Of a stretch of 64,000 nucleotides of DNA, positions 27,401 through 39,429 are shown in pieces. The notes beneath the pieces were generated by a model. It did not search any database, was not told the DNA's origin, and saw only the letters and a list, made by a program, of their open reading frames with translations. The translations under genes and the position numbers were made by a program. Position 1 is the first letter of the stretch. Each line of letters starts with the position of its first letter. Origin of the DNA: Rhina ancylostomus. Its lineage: Eukaryota. The stretch is from assembly GCA_030265395.1 (NCBI GenBank), contig JARFYF010000084.1:90498920-90562919 (forward strand). The letters are read 5' to 3'.

Positions 27401-28204
27401 AGGAGCTCTACTCAGTGGTATTGAAATCAATGCTGGAATAACTTCCATTCATTATTAAACTGGGTGGAAAATAGAATGTTGTATGTGCATTGGCAAAAAA
27501 ATTAAACAGTAGTTATAATATTTATTATGAACATAAAGAAATCTGATGAGATATGACTTTTTCATTGAAGTGGATAATTTTTAATCTAAATAAACATTTC
27601 TGTCGATGCAACTATCTTATACATTGAAAATATTTCTACTTATCCAGTTTGAAAGAAGAGGCTACTTGGACTGTGGAGCTACATTATGAGAAAACAGCTG
27701 GTTTAGGTTGGGTTTGTGTTGCTTACAGTTTTTAGTTTTACAGCATCGAAACAGGCCAGTCAGCCAAATAAGCACTTAGAGATTATGTTCTATTTGAACC
27801 TCCTTCTATCTTTCCTTATCCAACTCGGTAAGCATAATCCCCTGTTCCAGTATTCCCAATGCATGGGATGTGTGTACCATTGGTACAACCAGCTTTCATT
27901 GCTCATTCCTAACTTCCCTTTTAAAATTGGTTTTGACCACCTTTCTATATCACTGTAGTCCAAGTGGTGATACCATATTCATAGCTCTGTTAAGTATGGA
28001 GGGAAATCTAGGATTCTGACCTAGTGTTGGTGAAAGATGGTTCTGTATGTACAAGTAAGGAAAGCATATGGCTTGCAGAGGAATTGTGTCCAGTAGGTAG
28101 TAGAGGGAGGGGTGTGTGAACCTTAACTAGCCTCTGTAACTGAACTGGTAGTTCCTGCTCCATGTGTTCTCTGAGTTTCACACTCTCATCATTCCCTGAG
28201 GAAA

Positions 28205-28430
28205 GAGATTCTACTACTCACCCATACATAAGGAGTAATGTACACTGGTTAATTAACCTGCCAAACTGGACCTCTTTGTTGTGTGGTAGGAAACTGGAGC
28301 ACCCTGAGGAAACCCATGCAGTCACAGAAAGGATGTACAAATTCTAATCGACAGCACGAGAGGTCAGGATTGAACTTGGGTTGTTGGAGCTGTGAGGTAG
28401 CAGCTCTACCAACTGTACCACTGTGCAGGG
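28205..28430 (-). mobile_element. HE1/V-SINE-like element
   Basis: Reverse complement gcacagtggtacagttggtagagctgctacctcacagctccaacaacccaagttcaatcctgacc. Confidence 0.75.
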
Positions 28431-28864
28431 TCACAGAATCTGCCATCTGAGGGCCTATTGACGCTCATGGATGGTCTACTTTGTGGCCTGGCCATAGCAT
28501 GAGACCTGGAGCTTGTTAGACCTGTTGGAGTGCAAAATGATAGTGTGATTGTGGGAATAGTGGGCTGTATATTGGGGGGGGGGGAATGGGGTGACAGCAG
28601 GTAGATGAGCATGAGGAACAGTTCAGATCATGTATGTCGATGATCTCTAGTCTTGATTTTCAACACAGTGAAAACATTACCTCTGTTTCTATGCCATCAA
28701 AGAAATGTATTAAAGACATCTGCCAGGAAAATATTCAATATATTTAAAAAAAGAAAACAAGGCTCGGTCTATTCATCCTTCCCTGATAGTTTTTTAACCT
28801 CCACGGATCTGGTTTTCATCTTAGTTTCAACAACTAGAAGAGCTATACTAGTTTTAGTTTGAGG

Positions 28865-28965
28865 GATTGAAACAAAGACAGCTGAGATGCTCAGCAGGTC
28901 AGGCAGGGTCTGAGGAGAGAAGTATGCTTCAGGTGAATGGCCTTTCATCTGAACTTGACAAAGTT
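28865..28965. mobile_element. Penelope-like terminal repeat fragment
   Basis: ctcagcaggtcaggcag..cttcaggtgaatggcctttcatctgaact matches the family. Confidence 0.55.
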
Positions 28966-29355
28966 AGAAATTGAACATGTATTTACAGAGTACGGGGGAT
29001 GGTTGGAAAGAACAAAAGCATGGTGGAGATGAAAAGATATTGTGATGTAAATAGTGGTGCTGACTGAGAGGGGGTGGGGAAAGCTTGTTAACTGCAGCTA
29101 ATTTGTCTTCCAGAGATGTAAATAGATGGCGATGAAGGAAGGCAGATAGCGAGAGATTGAGAGGCAATAAATAGGAGGCTATATTAATTTTAGTGGCTTT
29201 AAAAATCTAGGGCTGACATAATTTTTTTTGGCTGCAGTCAAATGAGAGTCTGTATTGGTTTGAGGCTCTGTTTTAGGCTGCATTCGGTTGAAGTGCTGTG
29301 TTGGTTTTAGGGACTGTAGTGCACTGAAAACTGTATNNNNNNNNNNNNNNNNNNN

Positions 29356-29427
<72 letters not shown>
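29356..29427. repeat. Poly-C run (72 nt) next to an assembly gap
   Basis: Directly visible and abuts an N-run. Confidence 0.9.
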
Positions 29428-29429
<2 letters not shown>

Positions 29430-29629
29430 GGACGGTCTCTGTTAGATGGGAGGGTTTGAACACTGAGTGTAGGTACTTGGAAGAGCATTTTTGAGCACAG
29501 TGCCTAGCAGGTGTGTGGACTTTGGAACATACGTGCAGCTTTATTTTTAAAGAATTATATAAACTAATGGGACATGAGTTGGTTGTGGTAGATAAAAAAG
29601 CTGAATTAAATGCTGTGCCAGAAAACAAG

Positions 29630-31010
29630 CAATGGCTAACTTTTAAAGTATTGGTACATAGTTTACAACAAATATATCCCTTCAGGATACAAAACTAAGA
29701 AAAGTGTGGCTATTGAGAAGTTAAAGCTAATATCAACTCAAAGGAAAGGCTTATAATGTTGTTCATAAAATAATAAGACTGAAGATAGGGAATATTTTAG
29801 AATTTTGTAAAGGAGAATGAAGGAATTGATAAGGACATGAAAAACAGAATGTGAGAGCGATCTAGTGAGAAATATGAAGCTTCCATAGGTACAAAATACT
29901 GGTTAGGCTGTATATGGATTATTGTGTGCAGTTCAGGTTACTAAACTATAGGAAAGATGTGATTTGTGGTGGAGAGAGTGCAGAAGTTCACCAAGATGTT
30001 GTCTGGATTGGAGGACATTAGTTATGAGGAGAAATTGGATAGGCTGGCTTTATTTCCCCTGGAGCGAGAAACATTGAGGTATGACCTGATAGAGGTATAT
30101 AATATTATAAAAGGCATAGGTAGTGTAGATTGTATCTGCTTCCCATGGTAGAGGTGTCTAAAACCAAGAGGGCACAGGTTTAAGGTAAGAGGAAGGAATT
30201 TTGAAGTGGATCTGATGGGAAAGTTTTTTTACATGGAGAGTTGTTGATATCTGGAACTCGCTGCCAGAGGTGGTGGTGGAATCAGATACAATCGATGCAT
30301 TTACAAGACACTTAGACAGGAACTTGAATTGGTAAAGCATAGAAGGATACTGACCTACTGCATGCAAATGAGATTAGTGTAGATAGGCAAAAAGGTGTCA
30401 TGGATGTGGTGAGCTAGGGGGTCCATTTCTGTGCCCTAGGACTATGAAAGAAATTGGTGACAAATCTGTTGGAGCTTTTGAGGTTGTACTTGCAGTGGTT
30501 TCCACTTACTTATTCTGTATGTAATGTTATTGGACTTTCAGAAGGTAGCACACAAGTTATTAAACAAAATTAGAGCATATGGGTTTGGGAGAAATCTACT
30601 GGAGGGATTAAGGAATGGTTAGTGGACAGAAAGCTGCAGGATCATTCTCAGGTTGGGAATCTGAGGCAAGGTGGGTACTGCAGGAATCAGTGCTGGGATT
30701 CTAGCTGATCACAGTCCATAACAGTGATTAGGATGAGGGATCAAGTCTAGTACATAGAAGTTTGCTGATAATACAAACCTGTTTGATAGTGTGTGTTATG
30801 AGAAACATGCAGAGAGGCTTCAGAGGTACATTAGTAGGCTAAGCAAATGGAAAGGTGGGGTGTGATATGGGAGGCCATCCACATTGGTGGAAGAAGTAAG
30901 GAAGTAGTATGCTTTTTAAATGGTGAGATGTTGTAGAGTGAGGCACCTGAGTGTCCTTGTAAATGAATCACTGACAGTTAACGTGCAGGTACTGCAAGCA
31001 AATAGGTAAG
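29630..31010 (+). mobile_element. CR1 LINE fragments (a 3' piece at about 29895-30445 inside or between older ORF2 pieces)
   Basis: ERVQKFTKMLSGLEDISYEEKLDRLALFPLE..DLIEVYNI, and an RT motif remnant aagtttgctgataat (KFADN, from FADD) at about 30758. Confidence 0.75.
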
Positions 31011-31433
31011 TGCAATTGTTAGTCTATTCATTATTGTTCGTCAAGCTTGTGCAGAGCACATTTACAGAAATTCATCAGAAAACACTATAATCCTGGTTGG
31101 CTAGGAAAACAAAAGTGAGGAATTTATGCTTCAGTTACATGGAATTATCTGCTGATGAACTATGGAATAGCTGGAGTTGAATGGGGTTTTGGAGAAATTA
31201 TAGCTATTAACTGGGATTAAACAATTCCAGTGGCAGGACCAGTTCCAGGTTATAGTTATGATGGCATGTCTCTGTCAGATGTAGCTATTTAAATATTTCA
31301 GACTCTTTCAATTTCACACCACCAAGATATATAAACATTTTGTGGCTGGAAATGTTAGTGTTGGAAGTCACCTAAAATAAACAGATAGAATTAACACTTG
31401 AAAATACAAAGAGCTGAGCAGTTATGACCTCCT

Positions 31434-31488
31434 GTTCTGCTGCATTAGGAGTGTCGTTCTGCTGCACTAGGAGTGTCAATCTGCTTCA
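31434..31488. repeat. 22-bp tandem repeat, about 2.5 copies
   Basis: gttctgctgcattaggagtgtc / gttctgctgcactaggagtgtc / aatctgcttca. Confidence 0.85.
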
Positions 31489-31797
31489 TAAAATCCAGGC
31501 CACATTGAGAAAAGTCAACATTCGTAGCTGTTAAAGCCTGACAACCCATAGTCCTCAGGATTACTACACAGGTACCACTCACTGCTGACTTGTCTGGCTT
31601 TTATTCATTCCAGTTCTTGTGTTCTATACTACATTGGAATACAATGCAAGAGGACATTTGCAACACCGTGACTGTGACAGGTGGATAGCATTCTCACTTC
31701 TGAGTTATGGGCTTAATTCTCACTCGAGAATTGAACACAGAGACCTAGGCTGGCAGAGCAGTACGAGACTGAGGGCATACTGCACCATCCGAAACAC

Positions 31798-31876
31798 CAT
31801 CAGAATCAGGTTTATTATCACTGACATATGTCGTGAAATTTGTTGTTTTGTGGCAGCAGTACAATGCAAGACATAN
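31798..31876 (-). mobile_element. Rex1/Babar-type LINE 3' tail, truncated by a gap
   Basis: Highly similar to 13966-14037 (aatcaggtttattatcactgac..gttttgtggcagcagt..tgcaagacata). Confidence 0.75.
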
Positions 31877-32329
31877 NNNNNNNNNNNNNNNNNNNNNNNN
31901 NNNNNNNNNNNNNNNNNNNNNNNNNNNNNNNNNNNNNNNNNNNNNNNNNNNNNNNNNNNNNNNNNNNNNNNNNNNNNNNNNNNNNNNNNNNNNNNNNNNN
32001 NNNNNNNNNNNNNNNNNNNNNNNNNNNNNNNNNNNNNNNNNNNNNNNNNNNNNNNNNNNNNNNNNNNNNNNNNNNNNNNNNNNNNNNNNNNNNNNNNNNN
32101 NNNNNNNNNNNNNNNNNNNNNNNNNNNNNNNNNNNNNNNNNNNNNNNNNNNNNNNNNNNNNNNNNNNNNNNNNNNNNNNNNNNNNNNNNNNNNNNNNNNN
32201 NNNNNNNNNNNNNNNNNNNNNNNNNNNNNNNNNNNNNNNNNNNNNNNNNNNNNNATCCTGACTCCAGTCTTGTATCGGTGTGCCGCATTTGGGTTCTCTG
32301 TGACTTTGCTCTGGATCAACATTGTGACA

Positions 32330-33000
32330 AAGGTGATGCATTCAGATTAGAAAATAGAGGCCATCCACTGCTTGGAAAATATGAGTCACAGTGGGATAAA
32401 GATACTGAAATCATTAAAACTAGTAGCACATGTTAGTAAGTTTTTAAAAAATGCTAACTCAGATCTAGGATTAACATCTCGGTGTATGGAACTGAAAAGA
32501 ATAGAAATGTGATAAATTAGTATAAAACATTGATTAATGTGCAAATTTGGATTCCATGTTATAAAAAGGATATCAAGGAGCAAGAGAAAATACAAAAAAA
32601 AAATCACATGGAAGGTATCAGAACTGAGAGATTATACATCTCAGAGAAGATTAAATAGGCTGGATTTCTCATCCCTCAAATGGTATGAGGGATAGTAGAG
32701 GTCTTTTCAGATAACATCATGGCAATCGATTACTAAGGTTTATTTGCAGGTTAGGTCATAGATATCTACCACTAATAAATCCAACAAGGAATTCAAGAGA
32801 AGTGTCTTTATCCAGAGTTGTTAGAAGTTGGGATCTGCCACCACAAGGAGCAACTGAGGTATAGAGCCTGAATATCTTCAAGAGAAACTGGATAAGCAGA
32901 CAACATAAAAAGGAATTGAGAAGCTTGTACTGTTCCAATGAACAGCAGTGGGAGAGGCATCAGCACTGGCATTAATAAGTTAATCTCTTATGTAGATTCA
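32330..33000 (+). mobile_element. Old CR1 3' fragment
   Basis: Decayed ORF2 C-terminal segments (tataaaacattgatt, ggatatc, ttcaagagaagtgtctttatccagag). Confidence 0.5.
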
Positions 33001-34789
33001 ATGTAACTAAATTAAACTTAATTTGAAATAGAGGGACATACTGATTAAAAGTTGTAAGACAATACATGGATGCGCTATTAATAAAAAAAAGATTAATTAA
33101 GTAGTCTCTGCTTCAAACTAGCCAATATTTGGCCCAATTATCTGTGTAATAATAAATATTTGGAACTTTCAAACACTGTGCCTCACTTAAAACTATAAAA
33201 CCATTAATTATAACTAAGTTATTTTATGTTATTCAAAGAAAGTTTGATATCAGTAAAACTCCATTTATTGTAACTTCCTGAAAAACTAATTCAACCACAG
33301 AATACCAGGATTTGAAAAGATGTACTTACAATTTTGCTTCAAAGTCACATGTCTCCCCTCTCAAACTAAGTGCTCTGTGACTAAGTAGGAAGCTGTTTTC
33401 CACAATTACCAGTGGGCTGCATGACCAATCAGAAGCCAGAGCCACTTGCAAATCCTTAGTGTATAATAAAAACATTGCCCTGCAATTTTGATCAAAGCAT
33501 CCCAGAATTTCAAGCTTTTTTCCATGACAAGATCCAGTCCAAGCCCATCTTGAGTCTACAGTTTTCCCAATGCTTGTGTATCAGAAAGTTATGGTAAGAT
33601 AGTGAATTGATATCTGCAACCACTGAATGTTAAAAGTTCAGGCAAACAGCATTCATTTGGTTTCACTCACCATGTTACAGAAACTGCACTGCTGAAAACA
33701 CAGACTCAAAATACCACAATGTTAAATGGAGACTAAAAGAATTCATGCTCCAACCCAAGTAATTTGTTCTATTATTCCATAGAAAATTGGCAACTGAAAT
33801 TGTGTTCACCCATTCCGAGATTCATGCTTATTCCTTTTTGCAGAGTTGAGGGTTGCAATTCCAAGGCCCCTGATAATTTGCTGAGAAAAAATGGTTCATA
33901 AGGAATGTTTCTAGTTTATTTTAGTGTACCAGAGAGCTTTCTAATGTCAAAGGTTGCTTAATTCACAAGGAAAAAATGAGGAAACTCATTAACAGGATGT
34001 CTAAGAAGTTGACCTGATATAGCTGTCATTTTGGAAAAATGCCTGACTTCATGAAATGAATATCCTTGAACTATAAGAATGCTCTTGTGTACTCCCAGTT
34101 CTAGCAGCTGTGATATCCCGATGTGTCATTTTCTATTAAGATTTGATTTTGTTTATTAAGCAAAATTTCCTGATTGGAAAATTTCAAAGACTGTCAGAAA
34201 AATGTTCTGCATTCCTATTTGCACTGATCAACTTTTATTGATCATTTGGAAATGTAAGTAATATACTGCTCCTTTTGCTCAACTGGACCATATTCCCTAA
34301 ATTCCTTTACATTGATGCTGAAAACTAACCCTTTTTGCCATGAAGAGACAACAGAAAAACTTGGCCTCCTTTGTCAAACGTGTGCTTATTGAACTCTGCT
34401 TTCAAAATTAAGTTCCATTGTAGCCAAATGCAGCCAATTTTCAGAAAGTGTGTTCAGTGCATATTCTCTATTAGACTGCACATAAAACATAGGTCCAAAA
34501 ACAAATGTCTTTTCCAGAAATCCATCCATGATAATTATGCTTTAGCATAAACTTGTTTGAAAGAGCAATGTATTAATATTTACTCTTTGTTTTTAATGGT
34601 TCTTTGTCTAATTTCCAGTAAAGATTTAGCTCAGACTTCTCTTTTCCTGTAACTAGCTTCCTATGCTTTGAATTTTAACAGCACCTTCGTGGCTTTTTCC
34701 CTGTCGCATTTACTTCAACAAGAGCAATTCTAAGATGCCTTAGTCAGGGGGTGATGATATGGGGAAGTGTAACCATGTTACATCAGACT

Positions 34790-34862
34790 TCTCATCATTT
34801 GTCTATCCCTGCACTACCTCTGTCGCCACCATCCAGGGTCCTAAACATCCCTTCCAGCAGAG
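34790..34862 (+). mobile_element. Penelope ORF fragment
   Basis: Translation YPCTTSVATIQGPKHPFQ resembles the region just before the GIY-YIG domain of Penelope ORFs. It is fused directly to a CR1 3' piece. Confidence 0.4.
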
Positions 34863-35285
34863 AATGGACGGTATTGGATTGCTTTCTCTGGAGCGTCAGA
34901 GGCTGACGGGAGGCCTGATGGAGGTTTATAAAATTGAGAGGCATAGACAGGGTAGGTAGTCAGAGTCTTTTTCCCAGGATAGAAATGTCAAATACTAGAG
35001 GACATAGCTTCAAGTTGAGAGGGGGAAAGTTTAAAGGAGATGTGTGGGAGATTTAAAGGAGATTTTACACAGAGAGTGATAGGTGCTTGGAATGTGCTAC
35101 CAGGGGTGGTGATGGAAGCAGACATAATAGTGGCATTTCAGAGGTATTTAGACAGGCTCATGAACAGGCAGGGAATAGGGGGATATGAACTATGTGCAGG
35201 CAGATATGTTTAGAGTAAGTTGGCATCGTGGTTGGAACAGACCTCGTGGGCCGGAGGGCCTTTTTCTCTGCTGTACTATTCTGTT
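34863..35285 (+). mobile_element. CR1 LINE 3' fragment
   Basis: LLSLERQRLTGGLMEVYK..actagaggacatagcttcaag..ttttacacagagagtg. Confidence 0.8.
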
Positions 35286-35293
35286 TTATTTCC

Positions 35294-35312
35294 AGAGAGA
35301 GAGAGAGAGAGA

Positions 35313-35367
<55 letters not shown>
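35294..35367. repeat. Compound microsatellite (AG)n(CA)n
   Basis: Directly visible at the CR1 3' end. Confidence 0.95.
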
Positions 35368-35370
<3 letters not shown>

Positions 35371-38059
35371 TGTGTGTATTGAATGTAATGTATTGTATTA
35401 TCACCACCTTAAAATTGTGTCTTGCATGAGTCTATAAATGAACTCTATGATATTTTAATGATTTCCTGATGCCTGATTATCACTTCTGATGGCCCTTCAC
35501 TTTCATTCTGGAGCTGCTGGAGCAAAGACCCCAAATCCCAGGGCAAGCAAAGACGTAAACTGGACAGATTACCCACTAGGAAGAGGAAGAAGTTGGAGAT
35601 TTTAGGCAAGATATGAAGCCATCAGATCTTTGTCCCTTTTAACCATATGAGTCTTTGTAGCACAGAGTTGATCTCTGATTACAAACATATGAGTCAAGAG
35701 AAACAATGGAAGAAATTTGTTTTTTTTCATCTCTGAAAGGAAGTATGAGAGATTATTTTACAGAAACATAATAGCTAACATTAGAGAATGGTTAAGAAGG
35801 AAAATTGTTCTTGGGTAAAATGTATGAGGAGGAAAGTGTCCATTGGTTCAAACAAAAAGATAGAAACTTGGGAGCTCTTTTTTTATACAAACTAACTGAT
35901 AAATGGGATTGACTCCATACAGTACACTGGCAGCAAAATGTGCCAAAGCACTCAAAAACAAATGATGCAATGGGGAGACATTCTGGATGGGTGAACTGAG
36001 TTCAGCTGAGTGTATTATATGTAATTGTTTTGTAATCTTTATTAATGTTTTCAATTGAAACAACACATTGAGACAGAATATTTTCTAGCTTCTACAATCC
36101 TTTTCTTTCCTTTTAACATGCCCGTAATTTGAACTCAAAACAGAAATTTTATAATAATTCATTCTCTTGGGGGGACATTGTGTGGGATCCTGAGCCTGAA
36201 AAAAAATCTGAGCGTGACCCATGTAACTGAGTCCTACTTGTGTTTATGAATCTTATTTGTTGAATTTCTTGCTTCAGTTTTGTGATAAATGGATATTGAA
36301 ATCCCAGTTAAATCACCACAGCACTGACAGTAATTTGATACGAAAACTAGCTAGTATTGTAAATGGGTATATCAGACTGGTTAAGTGAACAGTGGTTAAG
36401 ATTGTGGTGAAAAGAAGTTCAGTGGGCAGTATATTAGAAATTTTCTTGTGCTAAAGCTCATTTAGGATGCCAAACACTGGCAACTTGTTTGAAGTACTAA
36501 CATTTGTCCATTCAAGAGTCTAAAATCTGATTAGAGACTGGTATGGAAAAAGGCCCTTCAACCCCCTGAGTCCATGTTAGCCATCAAACACCCATTTACA
36601 TGATTCCTATATCAATCCCACTTTTATTCTCCCTTTCTCACCAACTCCCCCGATTCAATCTTTCACCTCCACACTGAGGACAAGATCACAGGGAGATGGT
36701 GCCTGATGTCAGGATTGAAACATTCTGTGGCTTGTATTAAGAATAATGGCTGTGGCCCTGGAGGACCCCCATGGACCCTCTGCAGGAAGAACATGCCTCC
36801 TGAAGCAGAGTCCTTCCCCCAGACTGCCCAGGTTCCTCTGACTCCCCGAGAGCACTCTCACACCTCCCTCCCATCTTTGCTGCATCCATTCATTATGAAC
36901 TTTTAAGAGCTGCCTGCAATGATCACACCTTTTGTTCATTGTNNNNNNNNNNTAGGGAACACTTTGCTGAAATTACACTGAGTTTCAGCATTACACAGAG
37001 AAACCCAATAGCCCCGTTTTCTGAACCTCTCATTTGAAGCTCCTACTCTTTGTGAGATTTCACTGTAACCCACAACAGTCTTGAAGCCAAAGAAATGATA
37101 TGGAACCACTTCTAGGCTTGCATGCCTTCAGGCACAGATGGCGAACAACTGGGGAGAAAAAAATTAAGCAACTTTTTTTAAGGGAAGATATCTGTTGTAA
37201 TTCAGCAGAACAAAATATATAGTCATCATGTAAAATGATGTTTTGTGCTGCCAGAGTCAAACTTTGTAAATCCTCCTTTCCCAAAAGATTTCAAATAAGA
37301 ACTCACTGAACATCTCTCTTAACACCCATATGTAGGGACCCTGCATTTATTAGTGCTACATTGTCTGCATGAAAGAATTAAGTCGTCTTTTCATTCCAAT
37401 ATTATAATATGGAGAAACAGTTCTGTTGTTTAAGGTTAGGACACAATAACAGCAGGGATTTTATGGAATGTTCACCATTCAACCATTGTTATGCGAATAA
37501 CTCTCATGATTATAAAGCAACAAATCCAGTGAAAATGATTTCAGAGACCAGTGTATTCCATGTGGACATTCTGGTGATGTATTTGGGTTGAAATAATTGA
37601 GTTCCAAAGCCAGCAAAGGAACCTTGATTTTCATGCATAACTTATTGGAAACAAAAGGAAGAGATTTTTCACTTGGTGTGAAGTGGGTGGCACTGATGTG
37701 GCAATAACAGAGAAACCTTTCTGTCTCATTTATTTGTCTGATTACCAACATTCCAAATAGTCCATGTACAGCACAACAGGAACGTAATAACATAAATAAT
37801 AGGAGCAGGAGTTGGCTGTATGCCACTTGAGCCTGTTCTGGCATTGAATAAATTCATTGGATGATCTGATCTTGGCTTCTGCTCCACTTTCCTGTCAGTT
37901 TCTTATAACCCTTGACACGCCTATAGTCCAAAAATTTATCCCTGTCAATCTTGAATATAGTCAATGAAACAGCTTGCTTACATCTCAGGGATAGAGAATT
38001 CCAAAGATTGTGATGTATTTTAATAAGTAAATTATGGTCCTGAGAGATTGTTGAACCAA

Positions 38060-38575
38060 ATTATGAGCAGTTTTAGGCCCCGTATCTAAGGAAGGATGTG
38101 CTAGCATTGGAGAGGGCCCAGAGGAGGTTTACAAGAACGATGCTGTGGATGAAAGGGTTAATGTATGAGGAGTGTTTGATGGTTCTGGGCCTATACTCGT
38201 TGGAGTTTAGAAGGATGAATGGGTATCTCATTGAAATCTACCAAATATTGAAAGGCCTGGATAGTATTAGGATAGTCCAGGATTAGAGGGCACAGCCTCA
38301 GAATAAAAGGTCGTCCCTTTAGAACAGAAGAGGAGGAATTTCTTTAGCCAGATGCTGGTGAATCTGTGGAATTCATTGCCACAGACAGCATGGAGGCCAA
38401 GTCATTGGGTGTATTGAAAGTGGAGGTTGATAGGTCCTTGATTAGTAAGGGTGTCAAAGGTTACAGGGAGAAGGCAGGAGAATGGGGTTGAGAGGGAATA
38501 ATAAATCAGCCATGATCGAATGGCGGAGCAGACTTGATAAGCCAAATAACCTAATTCTGCTCCTATGTCTTGTAA
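38060..38575 (+). mobile_element. CR1 LINE 3' fragment
   Basis: LALERAQRRFTR..GLMYEE.L..LGLYSLEFRRM.G.LIEIY.ILKGLD. Confidence 0.85.
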
Positions 38576-39429
38576 TCTAAATTCCCATTTTGGCAAAAAA
38601 AAGACAGTACACATTTGAACAGTTTCGCTATGTAACTGGCAGCAGGATCTGACAACCAAGCCCAAACATTAGTATTTGAGCTTTCCTATGTAATCAGATA
38701 GGCACACAGTAAATGACAGCACTGGTCATTGTGCCTCCTTTCTCAGATTCATAACATTCAAAGGTAAGAGCTAATTTTTTCATGATAATATGTGATATGC
38801 TAATTTTGATAATGTTATGGGGTATCACACAGGATTGTAGCACTGTTAGCTGTGGCTGAGAATGGCTAATGGTGACTCAGTCCTTTGTTTCTACTGAAGA
38901 AATTGCTCAATTGCCAGGGAGGGAGATTCTCACACTCGCTGTTCATTCTGTAGACACTCAAAAGCTTGCTGAAGTTGGAAACATTGAATCAGTACACCAT
39001 ACACAGTAATCCCACAACTGGCAATTATACCCAAACAATACTGCTCCTGCCTTTTGACCACAGCACAACTGTACTCTTAGGTAATGTTATTTTGCCTTTG
39101 AATTGATGTTATGATAGCTGGCACCCATTTAAGAATCTGCAATGTATTATGTAGACATCTCACCCCGAGGCAGGGCCAAAGGAGAACGTTCCTGACTATA
39201 ATCAGAAAAATTATATGTCCGGTTGCAGTATAAACTAATGAAGCTACAAATTCTTACCAGCAGCATTGCTCAGATAACGTTTTCAACAGAACAAATGTTG
39301 TAACATTTCCTGTTTGTAATGATTCTGTAAAAATTAAAGATAGATTTCAGGGCAAGAACTGGAAACATACTCCAGACTCCATTGACCTTTAATGTGCTGA
39401 CTGGAAAAGACCTGCACATAGGAACTAGA

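Noticed and set aside
29179-29628. Poly-Gly / poly-Pro ORFs
   Set aside because: They come from a 72-nt C homopolymer abutting an N-gap, which is probably a sequencing or assembly artefact.
31434-31488. CRISPR-like repeats
   Set aside because: It is a simple head-to-tail tandem repeat with no spacers, in eukaryotic DNA with no cas genes.
31619-32436. Long ORFs of 142-243 aa
   Set aside because: They are open only because they cross an N-gap. The same applies to the ORFs at about 7.1, 20.4, 23.3, 56.8 and 59.4 kb.
35158-35437. HT/CV-repeat ORFs
   Set aside because: These are translations of the (AG)n(CA)n microsatellite.
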